Positions 35,358 through 47,044 of a stretch of 64,000 bases of DNA are shown here, in pieces. This stretch comes from Myxococcota bacterium (lineage in GTDB: Bacteria > Myxococcota_A > UBA9042 > PHBI01 > JAWLBL01). Made by a program: the position numbers and the translations under genes. The notes beneath the pieces are model-generated. The model had not been told where the DNA came from. It did no database searches and saw only the letters and a program-made list of their open reading frames with translations. Numbering within the stretch: position 1 is the first letter of the stretch; each line of letters starts with the position of its first letter. The stretch covers positions 96,001-160,000 of the forward strand of contig JAWLBL010000004.1 in assembly GCA_041687695.1 (NCBI GenBank), read 5' to 3'.

Positions 35358-36338
35358 ATGCGGTGCCGAGTCAACCAGAGCCGGCCGCGCGCGCTGGGCG
35401 TCAGTACGCGCGGGCTGGCGATCGTATTCACGCTGCTCGGCCTCGGTTGCGCCGGACGGCCGGTGGCGCCGCAGCCGTGGTACGACTTCGACACCGTCTA
35501 CATGAACGACGGCGTGGGTGGCCACGCGGTGTGGAAGCGGCGGGACAAGGCGGCCGTCGCGCGGGCCACGAAGGCCCGCGAGCGCGCCTGGACCCGGGCC
35601 GAAGCCGCCGAGGCCCGCGCGGTGGCCAAGGCGCGGCCGGCGGCCAGGCGCCCGACCGCCCGGCCCAAGCAGGTCGCCCAGGCCAAGCCGGCCCCGCGGC
35701 CCAAGGCGAGACCCACGGCGAAGGCCAAGCCCGCCGCCAAGCCGCTCCCGGCGCGGATCGCCAAGGCCCCCTCCAAGCCCAAGCCCGCTAAGCCGGATCC
35801 GCGGCCGGCCCCGGTGCTCGGCGACGGCTCGGTCGCCGGCGAGCTGCTCGCGGCCGCCAAGCGCCTGCGGGGCATCACCGACGACTTCACGCGCCGGCCC
35901 TTCCTCCTGCACCTGCTGACCGTCGCCGCCGTCGATCTCGACGTCTCGGCGACACCCGACCGCTTCGTCGCCGAGGCCTGGCGCGTCCTCGACGCTCGGG
36001 GGCGCACGTTCTCGAGCCGCACCGGCCGCCGGCCAGAGCCCGGGGACCTGGCCTTCTTCCACCACCTGGTCGACGCGGACGGCGACGGATTGGCCAACGA
36101 TCCGTTCACCGGCGTCGCCGTGATCGAGCGCATCAAGCCCGACGGCGTGATCCTGTGCATCGGCGAGGTGCACGGCAAGGTGCGCCGCTTCGCCATGGAT
36201 CCCGATCGGCCCGGCGTCCGCCGCGACGAGGGCAGCCGGGCGGCCGTGAACACGCCGCTGCGCCCGCGCCGCCTCGCGGAAGGGCCCGACGTCCCCTATC
36301 TGGCCGGTGGCCTGCTCGCCGGTTACGCGCGCCCCTGA
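35358..36338 (+). CDS. CHAP/NlpC-P60-like lipoprotein, apparently catalytically degenerate
   Basis: Lipobox LGLGC, Lys/Ala/Pro linker, PEPGDLAFF...DGDGLAND motif. Confidence 0.6.
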   Translation: MRCRVNQSRPRALGVSTRGLAIVFTLLGLGCAGRPVAPQPWYDFDTVYMNDGVGGHAVWKRRDKAAVARATKARERAWTRAEAAEARAVAKARPAARRPTARPKQVAQAKPAPRPKARPTAKAKPAAKPLPARIAKAPSKPKPAKPDPRPAPVLGDGSVAGELLAAAKRLRGITDDFTRRPFLLHLLTVAAVDLDVSATPDRFVAEAWRVLDARGRTFSSRTGRRPEPGDLAFFHHLVDADGDGLANDPFTGVAVIERIKPDGVILCIGEVHGKVRRFAMDPDRPGVRRDEGSRAAVNTPLRPRRLAEGPDVPYLAGGLLAGYARP

Positions 36339-36444
36339 GCATGGCCCGTCCTGCGCGCCGGAACCCGCCGAGCATGTTGCCGTTCCGGACTTTCGGCCTG
36401 ACGCCCGCTTGCGTTATGGTCGCCGCCACGGGGGCCCGGGGTTC

Positions 36445-38871
36445 ATGAGCACGGACGGCAACATCGTAGGCTTCGCCCACGCCTTCCTGAGATCGCTCGT
36501 CGGGGCGACCCAGGACGGCTTCACGCCGGCCGTGACCCAGTCGCTGCAGGAGGCGTGGACCCACTTCGGCATCGTGTCCGAGGGCCGCTTCGCCGTCGAC
36601 GTCCGGCACGTCCCGGCCCGCGGCGCGACCTTCTTCGTGCAGCGCCTGGGCGAGCGGCCGATCGAGCTCGGGCCGACCCTGCCGCCGGCCAACCGCGAGT
36701 GGCTCAGCGGGCTCATCCAGCAGATCTTCACGCGCGTCGGCGCCCAGCAGATCTCCCTGCTGCCCGGCCTGACCTTCGAGGATCTGTCGACGGCCAGCGT
36801 CGCGCTCCTCGCCGGCGGCGAGCACCCGCAGCACCGCGTCGCGCAGCGCCACGTGAACCACATCGTCTGCCTGGGCGCCGCGCCGTCTCTGGCGATCCCC
36901 CCGCAGCTGCCCCGCGTCGTGGCCGAGAGCATCGACATGCTCCACATGGTCCTGACGGGCATCGAGCGCTTCGGGCCCGGGCCGAAGCTGAAGGTCACCC
37001 AGTTCCTGCAGCCGATCGCGCAGTACCTCGTGCATCGCTGCGAGAACCCGGCCGGCGTCGGCGCCTTCCTCGCCTCGCTGGAGCTGCCCGCCCACAGCAT
37101 GGCGCCGCGGTTCCGCGCGGCCCTGCTCAAGATGCTCATCGAGGCCGTCCCCGACGCGATGGTGCAGCGCCTGTCCGAGGGGTGCGACCGCATCGTCGCC
37201 ATGGTGGGCGGCCCGCAGGCCATCGGCCAGCAGGTCGACCCGCAGGGCGTCTCCATCGCCGGCTACCACACCCTGGGCCAGGCGCTGCGGCCTCGCCTCA
37301 GCAGCGTCAAGGCGGCCGCCCCGACCGGTCCGGCGGGCGCCAGCGTCGGTCCGCCGCCCCGCCCGCCGACCATCCCGACGCCCTCGGCGCCACCGCCCGT
37401 CCCGCCGCCGGTCGTCCCCGCGGCGCCCGTCGCCGACGTGTGGGGCTACGATCAAGAGCTCGGCGGACCCAGCGCCGCCGCCCCGGTCTCCGGCTACGGC
37501 ATGGAGGCCCCCGTCGCGGCCCGTCCGGCCCCGCAGGGCGACTCGGGCCTCATCCGCACGGCGGCGCGTCCGGCCGCCGCCAACCCGGGGTCGGGCGTGC
37601 ACCGCATGCCGGCCGCCGACCAGTCGGGCCTGCTCCGTCCAGGCGGTCGTCCCGGCTCCGAGTCCCACGTGGGCCCCCTGCCGTCGGACCAGTCGGGCGT
37701 GCTCGATCCCAGCGGCGCGGCCCCGATCGCGCGGCCCCGCCGGCTCGACCCGCGCGTCGACGGCTGGGTCGGCTCGTACCAGACGCTCGGGCCGCGCCTG
37801 ATGGAGCGCGCGCAGGACGTCCAGGACGCCGGCAAGTACGAGGGCGCCATCAAGATCCTGGCCAACGTCGCCGGCTACTTCCTCGACCAGGGGCAGTGGA
37901 CGGACGCGCTGCCGATCGTGCGCCTGCTCAAGGTGCAGGAGCAGCAGGCCCTGCGCTGGCCCGAGGAGCAGAAGCGGGCGCTGGCGGCCGCGCTCTCGTT
38001 GGTGCTGCCGGCGGACGGGGCCGACGTGATGGTCCACGCGCTCCTCGTGGCCGACGTGCGCGAGCGGGCGGCGGTCTACGATCTGGTCGCCTTCTACGGG
38101 CACCTGGCCGTCCCGGCGCTGCTCGAGGCGATGCTGAGCCGCCGCCTCAACCCGTCGACGCGCAAGGAGGTCGTCGCGCTGATCGAGGCCGCCGGGCCAG
38201 CGGCCGGCCCGGCCATCATCGACGCCATCCAGCGCTGCGGCCGGCAGTGGAACCGGGCGACGCCCCTGGTCAGCCTGCTCGGCGCCGTCGGCTACCGGGC
38301 CGGGCAGCGCGCGGTGGGCGATCTGCTGCGCCACGCGCAGCCCAAGGTGCGCGAGGAGGCCCTGCTCAGCGCCTACAAGATGATGGAGGGCGGGGCACAC
38401 CGCTACCTCATCGACGCGCTCGAGGACCCCGACATCGGGGTGGTGCAACGATCCGTGGCGCTCCTGGCGGCGGCCAACAGCCGCGACGCCAGCTACACCA
38501 GCCTGCTGCACGAGCTGGTCTCGAACCCCTCGCCGGCGGACGCGCGCGAGGAGGGGCTCATCATCACGGCCATCTACGCGCTCAAGGATCTCGGCAACAT
38601 CGAGCTGTACGAGGGCATGGACGCCGAGACGGCGCTCACCGAGGCGCTGCGCGACGGGGGCAAGAGCGGCTTCCTCAGCCTGGTCAAGGGCGGCCGCGGG
38701 CAGCGCTCGCTCGCGATCCAGACCGCGCTGTGCGACACGCTGGCGGCCGTTGGCTCCGACCGCGCGCGATCGACCCTGCAGGCGGTCGGCAAGGACGCGC
38801 CGCTCGCCCTGCGCGAGGCGGCCGAGGGCGCGCTCCGGTCCCTGGCGGCGCGGTTCCCGAGCCCAGCGTAA
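36445..38871 (+). CDS. HEAT/ARM-repeat protein with Pro-rich linker
   Basis: C-terminal HEAT-like repeats (LLRHAQPKVREEAL, ALEDPDIGVVQRSV, ALREAAEGAL). Confidence 0.7.
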   Translation: MSTDGNIVGFAHAFLRSLVGATQDGFTPAVTQSLQEAWTHFGIVSEGRFAVDVRHVPARGATFFVQRLGERPIELGPTLPPANREWLSGLIQQIFTRVGAQQISLLPGLTFEDLSTASVALLAGGEHPQHRVAQRHVNHIVCLGAAPSLAIPPQLPRVVAESIDMLHMVLTGIERFGPGPKLKVTQFLQPIAQYLVHRCENPAGVGAFLASLELPAHSMAPRFRAALLKMLIEAVPDAMVQRLSEGCDRIVAMVGGPQAIGQQVDPQGVSIAGYHTLGQALRPRLSSVKAAAPTGPAGASVGPPPRPPTIPTPSAPPPVPPPVVPAAPVADVWGYDQELGGPSAAAPVSGYGMEAPVAARPAPQGDSGLIRTAARPAAANPGSGVHRMPAADQSGLLRPGGRPGSESHVGPLPSDQSGVLDPSGAAPIARPRRLDPRVDGWVGSYQTLGPRLMERAQDVQDAGKYEGAIKILANVAGYFLDQGQWTDALPIVRLLKVQEQQALRWPEEQKRALAAALSLVLPADGADVMVHALLVADVRERAAVYDLVAFYGHLAVPALLEAMLSRRLNPSTRKEVVALIEAAGPAAGPAIIDAIQRCGRQWNRATPLVSLLGAVGYRAGQRAVGDLLRHAQPKVREEALLSAYKMMEGGAHRYLIDALEDPDIGVVQRSVALLAAANSRDASYTSLLHELVSNPSPADAREEGLIITAIYALKDLGNIELYEGMDAETALTEALRDGGKSGFLSLVKGGRGQRSLAIQTALCDTLAAVGSDRARSTLQAVGKDAPLALREAAEGALRSLAARFPSPA

Positions 38872-38958
38872 CCTGGCCGCCGGGGCCGGGATTGGCACGA
38901 CCGGCGACAAACGATAGAGTCTGGCCTCCGCGGTCTCCCCGAACGGTTTGGAGGGCGA

Positions 38959-41316
<2,358 letters not shown>

Positions 41317-41365
41317 GGGCGCCGCGCGCCTCCCGACGCGCGACGGCCGACCCTCGCAAGGCGCC

Positions 41366-42430
41366 ATGATCCAGCGTTCTCCCATCGTCGCCCTCGTCCT
41401 CGCCGCCGGCCTCGGGGCCCTACCCGCGAGCCCGGCCTGGCTGGTCGCGCCCGCCTTCGCACAGCAGGATCCGCAGCGCGCCAAGGCCCTGTTCGCCGAG
41501 GCCAAGGATCTCCACGAGGCCGGCAAGACGCGCGAGGCGCTCGGCAAGCTCAAAGAGGCCTACGAGGCCTTCCCCGCCGACGGCATCCTGGTCTCCATCG
41601 CCAACCGCCACCTCGATCTCGGCGAGCCCGAGGAGGCCGCCGAGATCCTGAGCCGCATCGAGACGCGCGACCCCAACCTGCGCAAGCAGGTCAAGCGCCT
41701 GCAGGAGGACGTCGAGGCCAAGCTGGCCGAGCCGGTCACCGTGCGCATCTCGGCCGACGCCGCGCTCGCCAAGGTCTCGGTCGACGGGCAGCCCGCCCGC
41801 GAGCTGCCGACGACGCTGCAGCTGCCGCGCGGCAACCACCGCTTCCTGTTCACCGCGCCCGGGCGGGACGACGTGGTCGTCACCCGCGAGCTGCGCGGCA
41901 CGTCCGAGGTCACCATCGAAGGGTCGATGCCGGCGCCCAACGGCCGCTTCCAGGTCAACGTCACGCCCGCCGGGCCGCTGGGCGACCTGCGCGTCTTCGT
42001 CGGCAAGCGCCAGGTGTCCCTGAAGGAGACCGAGCGCTCGGCGCCCCTGTCCGAGCCGCGCGAGCTGCCGGCCGGCCGCTACGAGATCCGCTGCCTGCGC
42101 GGTGTGGACGACTTCGCGTCGACCGTCATCGAGGTGCAGCCCGGCGAGGTCGCCGTCGCCACCTGCGCCTTCACCCCGCCGGTCGTCGAGAGCGACAACC
42201 AGACCTGGGGCTGGGTCTCCGCCGGCGCCGGCGCTCTGGCCCTGGCCGGCGGCATCGCCTTCCTCGCGGCGTATGTCGACGAGACCGAGCGCTTCCCCGA
42301 GCCGCGCTACCGCATCGAGTCGACCAAGCCGCTCGCCTCGGGCCTGCTCTTCGCCGGCGCGGTCGGCTTCGGCGCGGCCTCCTACCTGTTCTTCACCGAC
42401 TTCGAGCTGCTCGAGCCGTCCGAAGAGTGA
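41366..42430 (+). CDS. TPR plus PEGA-domain membrane protein
   Basis: Signal peptide, TPR helices (AKALFAEAK...EALGKLKEAY), PEGA-like AKVSVDGQP...LPRGNHRF, C-terminal TM helices. Confidence 0.75.
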   Translation: MIQRSPIVALVLAAGLGALPASPAWLVAPAFAQQDPQRAKALFAEAKDLHEAGKTREALGKLKEAYEAFPADGILVSIANRHLDLGEPEEAAEILSRIETRDPNLRKQVKRLQEDVEAKLAEPVTVRISADAALAKVSVDGQPARELPTTLQLPRGNHRFLFTAPGRDDVVVTRELRGTSEVTIEGSMPAPNGRFQVNVTPAGPLGDLRVFVGKRQVSLKETERSAPLSEPRELPAGRYEIRCLRGVDDFASTVIEVQPGEVAVATCAFTPPVVESDNQTWGWVSAGAGALALAGGIAFLAAYVDETERFPEPRYRIESTKPLASGLLFAGAVGFGAASYLFFTDFELLEPSEE

Positions 42431-43353
42431 CGCGCCCCCGGGCGCGCCCTCCGACCCGCGAGCCCACCCACATGCTCCTGCGCTACTACCGCCGCATCCT
42501 GGACGACTGCGAGCCGTACCTCGTGGCCCGCCCGCCGGTGCTCGAGGCGATGGGCCGCGCCCCGCTGGGCATCGAGATCCCCGCCGCCAACTGCTTCGAC
42601 CCGCAGAAGGTGGGCAGCGGGCCCTTCCTGAACCTGGTCAAGACGCTCGACGAGCAGACGTACGGCCCGCTGGGCCTGTCCATGCCTTCCTGGGTCTTCT
42701 ACGACTGCGCCATCATGCCGGGCGCCGTCTTCGGCTTCGCGCGCCGCGCGAGCGCCCTCGAGCCGTGGGTTCACCGCTCGCTCGCCGTCCCGCCGGGCTA
42801 CGACGGCCTGGTCCCCATGTCGCTCTTCATCGCCATCCCGCTGCCCGACCGCACCACCTGGCTCGTCTACTCGCTGTGCAGCATCAACCAGGTCGCCGCC
42901 GGCGCCGCCCCCGAGGGCCTGTGGCGCCTGACGCTCGCCCTCGGCACCGACGCCCTGGGCATGCGCGAGCTGGTCGGCACCTCGCGCTGGCGCTCGCCCC
43001 GCCTGGGCCTGTACGCCGGCCTCGGCCCGCTGGATCTGATGACCGCCTGGACGCCCGCCCACGACATCCCGGCCACCACCACCTTCCGCGTGGTCACCGA
43101 CGCCAGCGCCCGCGACCGCCTCCTGCGCGGCGACGCCGTCGGCCCCGAGGGCATCCACCGCTACCTGGACGCCGACGACTTCGGCGCCATGCGCGCCCTG
43201 CAGGACGAGCTCGAGCAGGGCCTGCGCTGGGCGGTCGTCGGCCCGGCCGAGATCCGCGGCGCCGAGACCCGCGTCCCGCTCCAGCTCCGCGACGCCCCCG
43301 CCGATCACCCGGTCGACGACGGCGTCGGCTTCACCCGGCGGTTCCAGGGATGA
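42427..43353 (+). CDS. Hypothetical protein, paralogue 1 of a tandem pair
   Basis: GTG overlaps the upstream stop (alternative start ATG 42472). Full-length similarity to the next ORF. Confidence 0.8.
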   Translation: MTRPRARPPTREPTHMLLRYYRRILDDCEPYLVARPPVLEAMGRAPLGIEIPAANCFDPQKVGSGPFLNLVKTLDEQTYGPLGLSMPSWVFYDCAIMPGAVFGFARRASALEPWVHRSLAVPPGYDGLVPMSLFIAIPLPDRTTWLVYSLCSINQVAAGAAPEGLWRLTLALGTDALGMRELVGTSRWRSPRLGLYAGLGPLDLMTAWTPAHDIPATTTFRVVTDASARDRLLRGDAVGPEGIHRYLDADDFGAMRALQDELEQGLRWAVVGPAEIRGAETRVPLQLRDAPADHPVDDGVGFTRRFQG

Positions 43354-44177
43354 CGCTGCGCACCTCCAACGACGCCATCCTCACCGACTACCAGCCCTTC
43401 GTGGTCGGCCTCGAGCGCAACCTCCCCTACCTCGACCCGGCCCCCTTCGGGCTCGAGACCCGCTGGTTCATCGACCCGACCCGCCGCGCCTCGGGCACCT
43501 TCCTCGATCTCCTGCAGCGCCTGGACGCCCTGACCTTCGGCCCCGAGGGGATGCCGATGGACAAGTGGGTGTTCTACGACTGCGCCGAGCTGCCGGGCTT
43601 CATCTACGGCTTCGCCACGCCCGCCGCCGACCTCACGGCCGACGAGCGCGCCGTCTTCGGCGTGCCGGCCGGCTACGACGGCCCGGTCCCCTTCTCGATG
43701 TACATCGCCATCCCGATGCACGAGGACGGCGCCTGGTTCGGCCACAACCTGGCCAGCCTCAACCGCACCTTCCCCGAGCGGCGCCTGGACTACCTGGGCA
43801 CCATCACCAAGGCCATCGCCTTCAAGGCCTACAAGATCCGCCGCTTCTACGGCGCGACCCAGTGGCAGTCCAAGGCCTTGTACATCCACACCAAGTTCGG
43901 GCCGCTGGATCTCTCGACGACCTACACGCCGGCCCACAGCCTGCCCGAGACGCTGACCTACGGCCTGCAGGTCACCGACGAGCTGCTCCGCGGCGCGGCG
44001 GGCGACCCGGCCCACAAGCTGCCCCGGGTCGAGCCCAACCTGCACCTCGACGCGACCGACGTCGAGGGCATGAAGCGACTGCAGGCCGACATCGAGGCGG
44101 GCGCCCGCCTGCAGCTGGTCGGCCCGCCCTCGCTGCGCGGCAAGAGCGTCCTGCACCCGCTCCGGCGCCTGTCGTAG
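43350..44177 (+). CDS. Hypothetical protein, paralogue 2 of a tandem pair (possible GNAT-like fold)
   Basis: ATGA overlap, strong GC3 codon bias, shared motif WVFYDCAxxPG. Confidence 0.82.
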   Translation: MTLRTSNDAILTDYQPFVVGLERNLPYLDPAPFGLETRWFIDPTRRASGTFLDLLQRLDALTFGPEGMPMDKWVFYDCAELPGFIYGFATPAADLTADERAVFGVPAGYDGPVPFSMYIAIPMHEDGAWFGHNLASLNRTFPERRLDYLGTITKAIAFKAYKIRRFYGATQWQSKALYIHTKFGPLDLSTTYTPAHSLPETLTYGLQVTDELLRGAAGDPAHKLPRVEPNLHLDATDVEGMKRLQADIEAGARLQLVGPPSLRGKSVLHPLRRLS

Positions 44178-44207
44178 CCGCGACCCGACAGGCGCCCGGG
44201 CGTCGCC

Positions 44208-45131
44208 TCAGGCCGCCTCGTGCCCCATCAGGCGGATCATGACGGCCTTCTGGATGTGCAGGCGGTTCTCGGCCTGGTCGTAGATGATCGACCGGGGCCC
44301 GTCGCACACGTCCGCCGAGACCTCCTCGCCGCGGTGGGCGGGCAGGCAGTGCATGAACACGGCGGCGCGGTCGGCGCGGTCCATCAGGGCCTCGGTCACC
44401 TCGAAGCCCTGGAAGTCGGCGACGCGCTTGACCTGCTCGTCCTCCTGGCCCATCGACGCCCACACGTCCGTGTACACGACGTGCGCGCCCGCGACGGCCT
44501 CCTCGGGGCTGGTCGTCTCGATGATGCGCGTGCCGGCGGCCTGCGCGTCGGCCTCGCCCAGCGCGACTACGTCGCGGTCCATCCAGTAGCCCTCGGGCGA
44601 GGCGCAGGCGAAGTCCATGCCGGCCTTGGCGCAGGCGAACATCAGCGAGTGCGCCATGTTGTTGCCGTCGCCGACGTAGGCCAGCTTGAGCCCCTCGGTC
44701 TTGCCGAAGACCTCGTGCACCGTCATGACGTCGCACAGCGCCTGGCACGGGTGCAGCAGATCCGTCAGGCCGTTGATGACAGGCACCGTGCCGTAGTTGG
44801 CCAGATCGATGACGTCCTGGTGCGCGTAGGTGCGCGCCATGATGCCGTCGACGTAGCGGCTGAGGACCTTGGCCGTGTCGCTGATGGGCTCGCCGCGGCC
44901 CAGCTGGATGTCGCGCGCGCTGAGGAACATGCCCATGCCGCCCAGCTGGTGGATGCCGACCTCGAAGCTGACGCGGGTGCGCGTCGAGGACTTCTGGAAG
45001 ATCATCGCCAGCGACTTGCCTCGACAGGCGTCGCGGTACTGGGCCGGCGACGCCTTGACGGCGCGGCCGAGGTCGATGAGGTCCGCGACCTGGGCCGCGG
45101 AGAGATCGTGGATCGAGATGAGGTGCTTCAT
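44208..45131 (-). CDS. argF: Ornithine carbamoyltransferase
   Basis: FQKSSTRT, HPCQ, GDGNNM, DVWASMGQE, HCLP, QAENR. Confidence 0.95.
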   Translation of the reverse strand: MKHLISIHDLSAAQVADLIDLGRAVKASPAQYRDACRGKSLAMIFQKSSTRTRVSFEVGIHQLGGMGMFLSARDIQLGRGEPISDTAKVLSRYVDGIMARTYAHQDVIDLANYGTVPVINGLTDLLHPCQALCDVMTVHEVFGKTEGLKLAYVGDGNNMAHSLMFACAKAGMDFACASPEGYWMDRDVVALGEADAQAAGTRIIETTSPEEAVAGAHVVYTDVWASMGQEDEQVKRVADFQGFEVTEALMDRADRAAVFMHCLPAHRGEEVSADVCDGPRSIIYDQAENRLHIQKAVMIRLMGHEAA

Positions 45132-46180
45132 TCCCAAGCCTCTTCGGGGTCGTCCGGGCGGTCGGGGTCGGGGAACAGGTTGAGCTGGCGCCGCACGGCG
45201 CGCCCCTCCGGGTCGCGGGTCACGCGGGTGCCGGCGCGGTCGGCGAGCGCCGCCACCAGGCGCTCGGGGCTGGTGATGATGACGGCCGCGCCGCCGTCGT
45301 CGATGAAGTCGAGGGCGGCCTCGATCTTGGGGCCCATGCTGCCGGGCGGGAAGTGCCCCGCGGCGTGCAGCTCGCGCAGCTCGCTGGCCGAGACCTGCTC
45401 GAGCACGCGCTGACCCGGCTGGCCGAAGGACACGTAGACGTTGTCGACGGCCGTGATCAGGACCAACAGATCGGCGCCCAGGTGCGCGCCGAGCAAGGCC
45501 GACGTGCGGTCCTTGTCGACCACGGCCTCGAGGCCGACGTAGCCGCCGCGCCCGTCCACCGCCGTCGCCACGCCGCCGCCGCCGCCCGCGACGACGACCT
45601 GCTTGGCGTCGAGGAGCACCTGGACGCTCTCGAGGTCGAAGACGTCGAGCGGCTTGGGGCTGGGCACGACGCGCCGCCAGCCGCGGCCGGCGTCCTCGAC
45701 CATGTGGACGCCGGTCGTCTTCATCAGCTCGCGCGCGCGCCAGGCCGAGTAGAAGTGCCCGACCGGCTTGGTCGCCTGCTGCCAGGCGGGATCCTCGCGG
45801 CTGACCAGGACCTGCGTCAGCAGGCACGCGACGGGCCGCACCAGCCCCGCCGCCTTCATGACGTTGCGCAGCTCGTTGGTGAGCAGGTAGCCCATCGAGC
45901 CCTGCGTCGCGGCCACGCACACGTCGAGCGGCTGCGGCGGCACCTTGGTCGAGGCCTCCTCGTTGCGCAGCAGCTCGCGGCCGACCTGCGGGCCGTTGCC
46001 GTGCACGACCAGCACGCGGTAACCCTCGCGCAGCAGCTCGACGATGGCGCGCGCCACCTTGCGCGCGGCCCGCACCTGCTCGCGGTGGGTGCCCACCTCG
46101 TCTTTTTTGAGCAGGGCGTTGCCGCCGATCGCGAGGACGGCGAGGCGCGCGGGCGGGTTGGTCTCGGTGAGGTCGTCCAT
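45128..46180 (-). CDS. arcC: Carbamate kinase
   Basis: AIGGNAL, HGNGPQVG, GRGWRRVVPSP, GGGGV, EAVVDKD, GSMGPKI. Confidence 0.95.
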   Translation of the reverse strand: MDDLTETNPPARLAVLAIGGNALLKKDEVGTHREQVRAARKVARAIVELLREGYRVLVVHGNGPQVGRELLRNEEASTKVPPQPLDVCVAATQGSMGYLLTNELRNVMKAAGLVRPVACLLTQVLVSREDPAWQQATKPVGHFYSAWRARELMKTTGVHMVEDAGRGWRRVVPSPKPLDVFDLESVQVLLDAKQVVVAGGGGGVATAVDGRGGYVGLEAVVDKDRTSALLGAHLGADLLVLITAVDNVYVSFGQPGQRVLEQVSASELRELHAAGHFPPGSMGPKIEAALDFIDDGGAAVIITSPERLVAALADRAGTRVTRDPEGRAVRRQLNLFPDPDRPDDPEEAWE

Positions 46181-46360
46181 GTCGCCGCGAGCGATAGCAC
46201 AGGGCCCGATCGGCTGCCAGTGCTCGACCTTCGCCGCCTCTCGCGACCCTCGCCGCGCCGCGAGGGACGCGGACGATCTTGACGCAGGCCGGCCATTGCG
46301 TTGCTCTTAGCGCGCCGCGCGCCACGTCGGCCCGCGCCGCGTCCCCGGAGCCTCCCCGCG

Positions 46361-47044
46361 ATGCCGTTGAGAGCCACCCTGGCCACCCTGGCCCTCGCCG
46401 CCCTGCTGGGCGCCTGCTACTCGCCCGTCGCGCAGGTCCCCTCGCTGGCGCCCGTCGACACCACGCAGCCGATGGTCCGCTACAAGGCCATCCAGGGCGA
46501 GGCCTGCCGCACGCTGCTCCTGCACATGATCCCCATCGGGACCAACAGCGCGCTCGAGGCCATCTGGGACATGAAGCGGCTCGAGGGCGTCGACGGCTAC
46601 GTCGAGGTCACGGTCGAGGAGCACACCCTCTTCTGGCTGCTCGGCACGACCCTGTGCACCCAGGTGACCGCCTACCCCTTCACCTACGGCGTCGAGCCCA
46701 AGCCCCTGTCGCTGCGCGGCGAGGTGCCGGCCCCCGACTACGGCGTCGGCGCGCGCCCCGCCGCCGCGCCGGCCCCTCCAAACCCCGCGCCCGCGCCCGC
46801 GCCCGCGCCCCGGCCGGTCGTCACGGCCGCACCGGACCGCGACGGCGCCCCCGCGCGCGACCGCTGCGAGTTCGAGTGCAAGCGCTTCGGCCAGCTCGCC
46901 GGCTCGACCCAGCTCATCCAGCAGGTCGTCGCCGACCGCTGCCTCGAGCGCTGCACCGCGGGCGACGCGACCTACTTCCGCTGCGTGACCCAGGCCCGCT
47001 CGGCGGCGGACGTCAAGGAGTGCAATGCGGCGCCCGCGCCTTGA
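46361..47044 (+). CDS. Hypothetical lipoprotein with C-terminal Cys-containing helical domain
   Basis: Lipobox LGAC, GEAC...LLxxIPIG...CTQVTAY domain, Pro linker, CxxxC...CxxxC...C...C tail. Confidence 0.7.
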   Translation: MPLRATLATLALAALLGACYSPVAQVPSLAPVDTTQPMVRYKAIQGEACRTLLLHMIPIGTNSALEAIWDMKRLEGVDGYVEVTVEEHTLFWLLGTTLCTQVTAYPFTYGVEPKPLSLRGEVPAPDYGVGARPAAAPAPPNPAPAPAPAPRPVVTAAPDRDGAPARDRCEFECKRFGQLAGSTQLIQQVVADRCLERCTAGDATYFRCVTQARSAADVKECNAAPAP

